64,000 nt of DNA, from contig DATGZA010000014.1 of assembly GCA_035297365.1 (NCBI GenBank), positions 1-64,000 on the forward strand, written 5' to 3'. Positions 1 through 9,426 of the stretch are shown in pieces. The translations under genes and the position numbers were made by a program. The first letter of the stretch is position 1, and each line of letters opens with the position of its first letter. The notes beneath the pieces are model-generated. The model was not told the origin of the DNA. It searched no databases and worked only from the letters and a program-made list of their open reading frames with translations. This DNA is from Nitrososphaeraceae archaeon. GTDB lineage: Archaea; Thermoproteota; Nitrososphaeria; Nitrososphaerales; Nitrososphaeraceae.

Positions 1-110
1 GGACCACTTGTGCTATTATTATTATTATTATCGTTATTGTTATTACCACCTGTACTGCCAGTACCGGAACCACCACTACTAACACTACTACCCGGCAAAT
101 TACTATTCAC
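1..110 (-). CDS. 5' end of a gene running off the left edge; Gly/Ser/Asn-rich low-complexity N-terminus
   Basis: Minus frame open from GTG at 110 to the window edge: VNSNLPGSSVSSGGSGTGSTGGNNNNDNNNNNSTSG; not in the ORF track; divergent from the GT2 gene. Confidence 0.45.
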   Translation of the reverse strand, partial: MNSNLPGSSVSSGGSGTGSTGGNNNNDNNNNNSTSG

Positions 111-253
111 GTCAAGTATTTTGAAACGACTACATATACACTTTTTTCTTTTTATAGTTAATTAAAAAAACAGATATGAATTTTAATTGAAATCCGTATT
201 AAAATAATAAACTGAGTGAAAATTTTATTATAGAGTAATTTACAGGATTTGTA

Positions 254-1669
254 TTGGAGATACTAAATTATACATTATATATTATGCTGTTAACATTTTG
301 GTTTTCTACTATACCAGTAGCATTTTTAACCCTAAGTAGATTTGTAAGAAATAGAAAAACTCTAATTGAAAAAGATCTTCGTAGAATATATAACGATCCA
401 ATAATAATATTTCAGATCACTACAAGATCCGCTACCAAAACAAAGGTCGTAGAGAGAGGGATAAACTCTATTATTAGAGCTTCTAATGAGATCAACTATA
501 GTAATTATAAAATTTCAGTAGTTACAGAAGATGAAAACGATAGAAAAAATGTGGTCAAATTAAAAAATTCTGAGATAATAGTTGTAAAAAGAGGATATAA
601 AACAAATGCCATAAAGAAAGCCAGAGCACTGCAATATGCAGTAGAGTATAGAAAAAATACTAGTGAGAATACTAAAAATTTTTGGATATTTCATATGGAT
701 GATGAGAGTTACGTTACAAACCAAACATTATTGTCATTACTAAAGTATATACGAGAAGGAAAAGGTGTTGCCTCTGAAGGCCCTATAGTATATCCCCTAA
801 AATTTGAAAGTGCCAATCCCATAACTGCCCTTGCTGAATCTGTTAGACCATTTGGCTGTTATGATTGCGTTTCTCAAATGACAAATCCTCCTCCTCTTCA
901 TTTGCATGGAAGTAATTTACTCGTAAGGTCAGATATAGAAGACACCATAGGATGGAATTTTGGTGAAACTCTTGCAGAAGATCAAGTCTTTGGATACAAG
1001 ATTTATGAAAGATATGGGGCAAATGCTCTGGGATGGCATGGAGGTATTCTTTTAGAACAACCTCCGTTAAATATTAAAGACCACTTTATGCAGAGAAGGA
1101 GATGGATATTGGGAACCTTACAAAATATGGATAAATTTCCATTTTGGCATAAATTCAAAATTGGATTCAAGTTAGCTAGTTATTTTATGGGCTTTGTGTC
1201 AGGAATAGTCTCAACAATTCTATATATAATTACAGTTGTTCCCTTATTCATAGCATCAATACAAATATTGATTGACAAACTTGAATATAATCCATTAACA
1301 TGGATACAATATATTATTTCTTCTTTTTTTCCAACAGTTTTTCCAGAAATTACTAATCAAATAAATTCTATTACCAGTAACAATATTTATAATCCCGTTG
1401 ATTTAGGATCTTTGTCATTATTATTATTATTTCCTTATATTATGTGGTTGTTATCATATCAAATAGGATTAACCTTAAATTTACGGTACAATAATTTTAC
1501 CTTATTAAAGAAAATAACTTTCCACTCCTATGCATTGATTCTCTCACTGATATTAGGATTAATTGAAACATTTCCAGCATTTATTGCAATATTAGAATAT
1601 CAATTAAGAAAAAGAATTAAATCTATGGAAGGAATCCCAAATTATGACTTCTATGTAGTTAACAAATGA
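254..1669 (+). CDS. Membrane-bound family 2 glycosyltransferase, egghead/BRE-3-like
   Basis: KARALQY, HMDDES (DxD-like), AED catalytic base and QRRRW motifs; N-terminal and multiple C-terminal TM helices. Confidence 0.85.
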   Translation: MEILNYTLYIMLLTFWFSTIPVAFLTLSRFVRNRKTLIEKDLRRIYNDPIIIFQITTRSATKTKVVERGINSIIRASNEINYSNYKISVVTEDENDRKNVVKLKNSEIIVVKRGYKTNAIKKARALQYAVEYRKNTSENTKNFWIFHMDDESYVTNQTLLSLLKYIREGKGVASEGPIVYPLKFESANPITALAESVRPFGCYDCVSQMTNPPPLHLHGSNLLVRSDIEDTIGWNFGETLAEDQVFGYKIYERYGANALGWHGGILLEQPPLNIKDHFMQRRRWILGTLQNMDKFPFWHKFKIGFKLASYFMGFVSGIVSTILYIITVVPLFIASIQILIDKLEYNPLTWIQYIISSFFPTVFPEITNQINSITSNNIYNPVDLGSLSLLLLFPYIMWLLSYQIGLTLNLRYNNFTLLKKITFHSYALILSLILGLIETFPAFIAILEYQLRKRIKSMEGIPNYDFYVVNK

Positions 1670-1714
1670 AGAGCAAACAAACAATATCAATCAATACAAT
1701 TTTCAAAATGCAAC

Positions 1715-2263
1715 ATGATAAGAATTAATAAAAAATTAATTCAATCAAAAAAACTTGTAATAACATGCTTTTATCTTAGCGTAATCATAATGCTAATAAT
1801 TTCGGGGTATGGTTTGTCTATGAGTGCGGATAATTACAAAAAGAACCAAAAAATAATTATTGGAGATGTTTTAGTCAATACCGAATTTCCATTTAAAGGT
1901 TCTATTAATTTGGTGACTTATTTAATGATATTCTCACTGGTATCATGGTTTACTGCAATCAAAATTTTTGAAGATAACATCACCAATATACCGACACATA
2001 TAAAAACAATATTACAAATCATAAGTTTAGTCTCTATAGTTATTTGCGCTTACGAGTTATTTTATAATTTTACAGTTTGGAATTCGATAATAACTGATAA
2101 GCTGATAAGCGGTTATTTTGAACCTAATAAGGAATTGATCAATTATCCCAAACCAGATACTCCATGGAATTTGTCATTTGCAACTCAAATGTTTTTGGCT
2201 GCTCTTATAATTACAAGTCACAGTTTTTACACCATGACTAAATCAAAAAATACGGAATTATAA
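1715..2263 (+). CDS. Hypothetical integral membrane protein (about 4 TM)
   Basis: 182-aa ORF with hydrophobic segments, 45 bp after and co-oriented with the GT2 gene. Confidence 0.7.
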   Translation: MIRINKKLIQSKKLVITCFYLSVIIMLIISGYGLSMSADNYKKNQKIIIGDVLVNTEFPFKGSINLVTYLMIFSLVSWFTAIKIFEDNITNIPTHIKTILQIISLVSIVICAYELFYNFTVWNSIITDKLISGYFEPNKELINYPKPDTPWNLSFATQMFLAALIITSHSFYTMTKSKNTEL

Positions 2264-2362
2264 ATTTTAGTTTAAAAATAAGGATATCAAATTAGAATTA
2301 AAGAAAATTCTTTATAAATTTACAATTACATTTATAACATTTAAGACGTAAGATAATTATAA

Positions 2363-2968
2363 ATGAATAGTTATATTGATCTAAGGAATAAGAAAACAGA
2401 AAAAGTATTATTCATAAAATGCAAAATTTTCACTTTTTCGATTGCATTGTTAGTTGGAATGGTTTTGATTTTTGGTAATGTCTTTTCCTTGAATGAAGTA
2501 ATAGCACAATCTACAAATACAGACAATAAAAATAATAAGCCTCTAAAAAATTTTGAAAAAGAGGTTCCATCTCTAAAAGTGTCATTTGAAGAAAAAGATC
2601 TTGATTTACATCCGTATATACATAAAGACAATGAAATTATTACACAAATAGGAATACCAAAATTCTTTGAAACTCAAACCAACGACAAACCAGAATTAAC
2701 TGTAAAACAAGGTGACAAGTTAACTTTAGAATATGGAAAACAGCCTCTAGAAATGAAAGCTTATATTATTGATTACGATTCAGATGTAAATGAAATATAT
2801 CCAGTCAAACAATTAGATTTCTCGACCATAATGATTCCAGAAGATGCACCACAAGGGTTAAAAAATCTGGAAATAAGATGTACATATGATAATAACGAAC
2901 AAGTTTCATATACAACATCTATGTTTATTGGAACGACGGAAGATAATGATGATGAGAGCAAGAAGTAA
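2363..2968 (+). CDS. Hypothetical secreted or membrane-anchored protein
   Basis: N-terminal hydrophobic signal-like segment followed by an acidic beta-rich domain. Confidence 0.65.
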   Translation: MNSYIDLRNKKTEKVLFIKCKIFTFSIALLVGMVLIFGNVFSLNEVIAQSTNTDNKNNKPLKNFEKEVPSLKVSFEEKDLDLHPYIHKDNEIITQIGIPKFFETQTNDKPELTVKQGDKLTLEYGKQPLEMKAYIIDYDSDVNEIYPVKQLDFSTIMIPEDAPQGLKNLEIRCTYDNNEQVSYTTSMFIGTTEDNDDESKK

Positions 2969-3499
2969 CAATCTTTAGACAGTAGAGAAACCAAATAGGT
3001 TTGAAATTTAGAAATATGTTCCGGTGATAAATATACCGAAGGGTAGTTTTGATTTTTTTACCAAATTTTGTAAGGTTCTACAATGCAATTTCAGCTTGAT
3101 GTTAATTCTACCTACTCAGAAAGTTAATCTAATTCTATTTAGGAATAGATCGTTCAATACAATTATTCATCATCCAAAAATCTACAAACACAATGAAAAT
3201 TTACCGTGTGATAAGGATGTCAAAGAATAGTTTTGGCGAACCTGAATATGACGAAGTTTTTTTATAAAAACAAGTGGATGCTTTAATAAAATTCATTAGA
3301 TAATAGAGATACAACTCTTTAAAGGCACATACATAAAAAGAATAGTAGCTATAAAAAAATCAGAATTCTAACTGGCTGATAGTTCTATTTTATTAATAAA
3401 TATGCTAAACCCTCTCGAAATAATTTCATATAAGCGATATTAACATGATCAACGAAGAATAATGGAATTTTCTATTCAAAAGAATATAAAATAAAAAGA

Positions 3500-3724
3500 T
3501 CAGGAGGTGCGGTTAGCCCAAGCAATAACGGTGATTGTACTTAAAAATGAACCAATTATTCCTGCAATTAACGCACCGAGTATTGACTCATCAAGAAATT
3601 GCGGTACCATCGTTTCAAACCAAGATGTAATATTCGGAAAAGAGATATAACTTGCGAATCCGATAGTGAATCCTACAAGCCAAAACATGAATATTGCTAA
3701 TTTCCTGGACATTTTAATCACCAT
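3500..3724 (-). CDS. Small 2-TM membrane protein
   Basis: Two clear hydrophobic helices with GxxxG-like motifs; start may be the internal Met (MSRKL). Confidence 0.6.
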   Translation of the reverse strand: MVIKMSRKLAIFMFWLVGFTIGFASYISFPNITSWFETMVPQFLDESILGALIAGIIGSFLSTITVIAWANRTS

Positions 3725-3972
3725 AGGATGAAATCAATTTTTTTTCTATATCAGAAAGAAAAACGTTATTTATCATTTTAAGGTTATTAATGAAGAGGAT
3801 ATTAAGATAGTTTGTTAATATTCATATAATCTAAGGTATAATAATATTGTACTAGACCGGCTTCCCTAGATTAAATCATGACTGTCTAGCATATAATAAA
3901 AAAATAAAGAATCGTAAAATTAAGCATTAGAAAGTAATAATATTTATAGTAACAATAACTATATGTTCTTGT

Positions 3973-4206
3973 ATGTCTTTAATTTCATCTAAAGAAAAGA
4001 TAAACGGGGAAACAATCACTGGAATAGCGCTTGTAGTCTTGTCACTTCTTTTCATATTTGCGGGATCGGTGAACCAGGTTTGGGCGATAATACTTCCAGG
4101 CGACTATCTCATTTTAATGCTAGGTTTAGCGTTTATAGCATTAGGAGTTGTAACAATCATAAGGCATAAAAATCTTCCAGAAGAAACTAGCCTTCATCAT
4201 CACTAA
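3973..4206 (+). CDS. Small 2-TM membrane protein
   Basis: Two hydrophobic helices, C-terminal HHH. Confidence 0.6.
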   Translation: MSLISSKEKINGETITGIALVVLSLLFIFAGSVNQVWAIILPGDYLILMLGLAFIALGVVTIIRHKNLPEETSLHHH

Positions 4207-4289
4207 CTTTCAGCAAAATAACAATTCCATTTTATTTTACCATTTTCAGAAGTTTTATTAATAGTAATAGTAAATTTCTTATTCATATT

Positions 4290-4997
4290 TTGAGTCTCTA
4301 TTTTCTATTAATAATTCTGGCAACTTCGTCTATCGGAATGATAAATAACATTCTTGATTCTATTTCAAACCTAATATATGAATTTGGGTATTTGGGAATT
4401 TTTATTGCAGCGCTAGTAGAGACACTGTTTCCTATAATACCGAGTGAACTAATTTTTCCTCTAGCAGGTTACGTTGCACAGAGCCAGAATCTTGGAATAA
4501 TTAGTGCAATTACGTTTGGTTTAATTGGATCAATTGGCTCGACAGTTGGAGCTTTAATTATTTATACTGCAGCATTGAAAGTCGGGAGAAAAGTATTATT
4601 AAAAATAGGGAGATACTTTTTGATTAATGAGAAAAAGCTCGAGAAATCAGAATTATGGTTCAAAAATCATGGCAAACTTGCAGTATTTTTAGGAAGACTC
4701 GCACCTGGAGTAAGAGAATTGATCTCAATTCCTGCTGGGCTTTCCAGAATGAATATTATTGAATTTACTTTTTTTACCTTCATAGGGTCTTTTATTTGGA
4801 GCCTTTCCCTTACTTTGGTAGGTTATTATCTTGGAGAAGCATGGAATAAATTTTCGAAAGAATCTTCACCCATATTTAACATTCTTGCAGTCATAATTAT
4901 TTTCATACTATCTGGTATTATAGTTTATAGATATTTTAGAAAAAGAAAAAATAAAGGTGGGAAAATAGGTGACCCTACAGATTATTCTACAAAATAA
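4290..4997 (+). CDS. dedA: DedA family membrane protein
   Basis: ETLFPIIPSELIFPLAG and FLGRLAPGVRELISIPAG DedA motifs. Confidence 0.9.
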   Translation: MSLYFLLIILATSSIGMINNILDSISNLIYEFGYLGIFIAALVETLFPIIPSELIFPLAGYVAQSQNLGIISAITFGLIGSIGSTVGALIIYTAALKVGRKVLLKIGRYFLINEKKLEKSELWFKNHGKLAVFLGRLAPGVRELISIPAGLSRMNIIEFTFFTFIGSFIWSLSLTLVGYYLGEAWNKFSKESSPIFNILAVIIIFILSGIIVYRYFRKRKNKGGKIGDPTDYSTK

Positions 4998-5011
4998 TTT
5001 TAATAAATCTT

Positions 5012-6040
5012 TTAGATGTGACTGACAATTTTTTTTGCTTGTAATTCTCTACGTAATACTCTGTAATCCCTATACATTACATCTACTTCCATTGCGGATT
5101 GTAAGATTTTACTTTTCATTTTTGGGGAAGAATTCAAGAACATTCTTGTGTCTTTTGGCAAACAATGTCCACCTATTCCATCTCTTGGTTCCAGAATTTC
5201 GACATTCCATTTAGTATTTAATGCATCTCGTAATTCAGAAAAATGGACACCAGTTGCTTGACAATATAAATAAAGTTCTTCAGCAAATGCTATCTGAAGA
5301 TACCTATGAGAATTTTCTATAATTTTTGTCAATTCGGCAATTTCTATTGAAGAAACAGGATGCATTTTTATGGACAAGCCAGCTTTTGAATATATCAATT
5401 TATCTGCAGCGTTTTCATCATATTCACTAGATTCTGAATCTAGGAGGTCTGGTCCTAGGGAAAAATCCATCTTATTATAAATCTCATATCCCGAAGAGAG
5501 GGATTTCTTTTCTTGAGATGGTGGATTATTGTCCACAGCTCCGGTGTAAAAATCTAAACCAGCTTTTAAACAGCAGGGATTAACTCCTCCGATTACGCGT
5601 AATTGATTTACACCATATTTTTCTTCATCAAGTGAGTACCATCGATGAGGGGCATGAACTACATGAAACCGATGACCTAACAACTCGAATATTCTCCTAG
5701 AGGTACCTTTAGGAACAGTACTCTCAATTGAGACCAAGGCGCCAATCTTACCTTCTACGGACATTCTGCTGACTATTGAAAACAGGCTATCTATTTGCGG
5801 AGAATAAATATCGTCTGGTTTGTGAGTGGATATACATATGATATATATATCAAATTCTTTGAAACTATCTGTTATCTCGATACCATGAATTTGTTCAGCC
5901 ATAACCATCGCTTCTTTTTTTATATCATAACCATACACATCAAAACCATTAGCTTTCACAAATTTAGCAACAGGTAAACCCAATTGACCTAATCCAATAA
6001 CTAGAACCTTATTTTTTTGTATAAGAGACATATCAGACAT
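5012..6040 (-). CDS. UDP-glucose/GDP-mannose dehydrogenase family protein, lacking the C-terminal domain
   Basis: GLGQLG Rossmann motif, IESTVPKGT, AELTKIIENSHR, catalytic GGHCLPKD. Confidence 0.85.
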   Translation of the reverse strand: MSDMSLIQKNKVLVIGLGQLGLPVAKFVKANGFDVYGYDIKKEAMVMAEQIHGIEITDSFKEFDIYIICISTHKPDDIYSPQIDSLFSIVSRMSVEGKIGALVSIESTVPKGTSRRIFELLGHRFHVVHAPHRWYSLDEEKYGVNQLRVIGGVNPCCLKAGLDFYTGAVDNNPPSQEKKSLSSGYEIYNKMDFSLGPDLLDSESSEYDENAADKLIYSKAGLSIKMHPVSSIEIAELTKIIENSHRYLQIAFAEELYLYCQATGVHFSELRDALNTKWNVEILEPRDGIGGHCLPKDTRMFLNSSPKMKSKILQSAMEVDVMYRDYRVLRRELQAKKIVSHI

Positions 6041-6292
6041 TCGAAAGAAAATTCAATTTTTTTATTATATATATTGGCGAAAAGAGATACTATGAATTTG
6101 TATTATAATTTTAAACTATATTTTTATGTAGAGCTTTTTTTTATAAATTTTGACATATCAATTATTAAGAATACATGTGTTTTACAAAATCAGAGTGAAA
6201 AATTTATGGATAAATCTCATGTAAAGAAAATCAATTTTGGTATTTAATATAACAAATATAAAAGAAAATAATTTGATTAGAATCTATATCTA

Positions 6293-7093
6293 TTGACATT
6301 ATTAATTTCTACACAAAAATTAGATGAATTAATTCAAAAAAAAGATAAAAAGCTAAGGATAATCGATACTAGGTCTTTTGGCGAATATGTTTTGGGACAT
6401 ATTCCAGGGTCTATAAACACAGAATTAATGCAATTTCATTGGAGTGATACAACAAAAAATGGTATAAAACAGTTCAATAAACAGAATATTAAGTTATTTT
6501 CTAATTTTGGGATAAAAAAGAATACTTTCCTTGTTTTTTATGAAAACAGTTCTGGGCCTTCAGCTGCAAGAGGAGTCTGGCTTTCATTATATTTTTCACA
6601 TAAGAAAGTCGCCATGTTAGACGGAGGATTTGATAAATGGAGAGTTGAAAATAGAGTAATCGCCACAGAAAGTGAGAAATTCCAACATAGACGATTTGAA
6701 GGTAAACCTAATTTGTCTATACTGGCGGATTTAAATTTTATGAAGAAAGTGATTAAAAGGAAGAAAGATTTTCAGATTATTGATGTACGTACTTCTGATG
6801 AATTTTCAGGACAACAGGTTAGAGCATGCAGGAGAGGACATATACCTTTGTCTAAGAATATTGACTGGAATACAAATGTTAAGGATGGAAGATTTAAGTC
6901 ATTAAATGAACTAAAAAAAATATACTCAGAGATTTCACCTGACAAAGAAACAGTTACATATTGTCAGGGCGGGTATAGAGCAGCAAATACATTTGTTATA
7001 TTGAGCGAACTTGGGTTTAAAAAGGCGAAATTATATCTTGGATCATGGAATGAATGGGGCAACAATATGAGTCTACCAATTGAGAATAGTTGA
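6293..7093 (+). CDS. Tandem-domain sulfurtransferase (rhodanese)
   Basis: GHIPGS, LDGGFDKW, active-site YCQGGYRA, YLGSWNEW. Confidence 0.92.
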   Translation: MTLLISTQKLDELIQKKDKKLRIIDTRSFGEYVLGHIPGSINTELMQFHWSDTTKNGIKQFNKQNIKLFSNFGIKKNTFLVFYENSSGPSAARGVWLSLYFSHKKVAMLDGGFDKWRVENRVIATESEKFQHRRFEGKPNLSILADLNFMKKVIKRKKDFQIIDVRTSDEFSGQQVRACRRGHIPLSKNIDWNTNVKDGRFKSLNELKKIYSEISPDKETVTYCQGGYRAANTFVILSELGFKKAKLYLGSWNEWGNNMSLPIENS

Positions 7094-7147
7094 AGTGGTT
7101 TATAATAGAATTAATGAATTTTCTTTGCTTTTATTCTTGAACGGCGT

Positions 7148-7171
7148 CTATATCTGATACCGTAGATATAG
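7148..7171. promoter_or_regulatory. Palindrome upstream of pstB-phoU (possible operator or hairpin)
   Basis: CTATATCT-N8-AGATATAG perfect 8-bp inverted repeat in the intergenic region. Confidence 0.3.
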
Positions 7172-7242
7172 GCCTATTTATTACTATGAAAACTATAGAG
7201 AAATTGTTTATTTATAGTTATGTGACATTAATAGGTTGATCT

Positions 7243-7298
7243 GAAACGACAACGAAGCTTGATACAAATAATAACTTCGAAACAACAACGAAGCTTGA
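7243..7298 (+). repeat. Direct repeat with 36-bp period in the pstB 5' region
   Basis: GAAACGACAACGAAGCTTGA (7243-7262) vs GAAACAACAACGAAGCTTGA (7279-7298), 19/20 identical; both encode ETTTKL in the pstB frame. Confidence 0.8.
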
Positions 7299-7413
7299 GA
7301 GACCTAATGGCATTAATAAAATCAGGCTTCCTGAAACTAATGGAAAATTAACCGTAAGAGACTTAAATGCAGGATTTCATAAAAAACAAATTTTAAAAAA
7401 AATCAATCTAGAT

Positions 7414-8094
7414 ATGACAGAAAAAAAGGTAACGGCATTTATTGGTCCTTCCGGATGTGGTAAAACGACGTTAATAAGATGTCTTAATAGAATGCATGAA
7501 ATGACGCACGGGGCTTATGTAAATGGTGAAGTAAATCTAGAAAATGTTAATATTTACGACCCAAAAGTCAATCCGGTTATTATAAAGAGAAGAATAGGAA
7601 TGGTATTTCAAAAACCAAATCCTTTCCCTACGATGAGTATTTTTGACAATGTTGCTGCAGGCTTAAAACTAAACGGGGTAAGAGATAAGAAGTTGATAGC
7701 ACAAATAGTAAAAGAAAGTCTTGAGAATGCTGCATTATGGGATGAGGTAAAGAATGAGTTAAGTAAACCCGGAATGAGTTTGTCAGGAGGTCAACAACAA
7801 AGACTTTGTATTGCACGAGCTTTAGCCATGCATCCCGAAGTATTATTAATGGACGAACCTACTTCAGCATTGGATCCAATAGCATCATCTAAGATAGAAG
7901 ATTTGGTTCATGATCTAAAACAATATTTGACTATAATAATAGTTACACATAATATGCAACAGGCTGCGAGGGTGTCAGATTACACGGCTTTTATGTATTT
8001 GGGAGAATTGATTGAATTTGGAGAAACAAAACAAATTTTCGAAAACCCCAGGGAGGAATTCACTGAAAGATATATCTCTGGAAAATTCGGATAA
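7414..8094 (+). CDS. pstB: Phosphate ABC transporter ATP-binding protein PstB; true start lies upstream of the ATG
   Basis: [46 protein letters not shown]; frame is open upstream to 7240. Confidence 0.93.
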   Translation: MTEKKVTAFIGPSGCGKTTLIRCLNRMHEMTHGAYVNGEVNLENVNIYDPKVNPVIIKRRIGMVFQKPNPFPTMSIFDNVAAGLKLNGVRDKKLIAQIVKESLENAALWDEVKNELSKPGMSLSGGQQQRLCIARALAMHPEVLLMDEPTSALDPIASSKIEDLVHDLKQYLTIIIVTHNMQQAARVSDYTAFMYLGELIEFGETKQIFENPREEFTERYISGKFG

Positions 8095-8219
8095 TAAGCT
8101 AAGTGTTATTATTTACAACAACAGAACAGTATGATTTGCATTATTAATTCCACATATTACGTGTATTAATTATTTTATACTTACGACAAAACATCTAGAG
8201 AATTAAAGTCTGAAAAAAA

Positions 8220-8882
8220 ATGACAAGGCTCTTAGATTTAGGCATTGATAGGATAAATAAGATATTAAAAGACATGGTACGTCTAGCCGAAATATCTTTT
8301 ATAGATGCCATTGATTCTTATAAGAACGGTATTAGCGCACCGAAAAATAGTTACAGGATTTCAGAAAAATTAAGAATATTGCAAGATGAGATTTCTGAAA
8401 TAGCAATAGAGCTTATTGCAAGATACCAGCCAGTAGCTACAGATTTGAGATTCATCAAATCATCTCTTGAAATTTCATACAATGTATCAAGATTTGGTCG
8501 ATATTCTTTTGATATTGTTGATTTAATACAAGAAAGTGGTCCATTAGAAGATTGCGACAAGTCTAGAGTATTAGAAATCTCAAAAACTGTAAGAGAGATG
8601 ATCATGATTTGTTCAGATGCAATACATACGAGGGATACAGGAAAAGTTAAAGAACTATACGGGCTAGAAAACAATATTGACAGAGAATATAAAAAATATC
8701 TGAGAGAAATAATTCAGTCTAGTGAATTTTCATTAAACAAGACCGAAAAGAGACAGAGCTTTAATTGTTATCTTACCAGTTTGCTTATTCTACGATACCT
8801 TGAAAGAATTTCCGATCACGCATGTGGTATTGGTGATTCTATTAATTTTATAAAATCTGGAAAATCTAGTCCTAGACTCTAA
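8220..8882 (+). CDS. phoU: Phosphate uptake regulator PhoU
   Basis: LIARYQPVATDLR and RYLERISDHA PhoU repeats; follows pstB. Confidence 0.9.
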   Translation: MTRLLDLGIDRINKILKDMVRLAEISFIDAIDSYKNGISAPKNSYRISEKLRILQDEISEIAIELIARYQPVATDLRFIKSSLEISYNVSRFGRYSFDIVDLIQESGPLEDCDKSRVLEISKTVREMIMICSDAIHTRDTGKVKELYGLENNIDREYKKYLREIIQSSEFSLNKTEKRQSFNCYLTSLLILRYLERISDHACGIGDSINFIKSGKSSPRL

Positions 8883-8961
8883 CAAATAAAATTATATAAT
8901 TATGACATGACATTACTAAATCAAATATTAAATATTTAGAATAATTGATTAAAAATAATAA

Positions 8962-9426
8962 ATGGAAAATGGTAGTAATAAAGTAGTGATAAGCGAGTTA
9001 GAGGAAACTCACCTTGGAAAAGAATTCCTAGACACTCTTTCAAATTTGGGGGATATTAGAAAATTAAAAAACGATCAAAAACTTATCTTGAAAATTTTTA
9101 AAAATATAAAAGAAAAATCAAATTCAAGAATTTTTGTAGCTTTAATTGATAATAAAATAGTAGGCTCAATTACGACAATTATTGAATACAAGTTTATTCA
9201 TAATGGTGGAAAAGTCTGCCACATTGAAGATGTTGTGACAAGAAAAGGATATGAAAAATTAGGTATTGGGTCCAGTCTTATCAGAAAGGCTATAGATTTT
9301 TCCACCAAAGAAGATTGTTATAAGGTAGTACTAAACTGCTCCAAGAAAAATATCCTATTTTATGAAAAAAATGGATTTCATAAACATGAGATCGAAATGA
9401 GATTTGATATCAACAAGAAAAGTTAA
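8962..9426 (+). CDS. GNAT acetyltransferase, glucosamine-6-phosphate N-acetyltransferase (GNA1)-like
   Basis: KFIHNGGKVCHIEDVV, CYKVVLNC and FYEKNGF motifs typical of GNA1. Confidence 0.8.
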   Translation: MENGSNKVVISELEETHLGKEFLDTLSNLGDIRKLKNDQKLILKIFKNIKEKSNSRIFVALIDNKIVGSITTIIEYKFIHNGGKVCHIEDVVTRKGYEKLGIGSSLIRKAIDFSTKEDCYKVVLNCSKKNILFYEKNGFHKHEIEMRFDINKKS

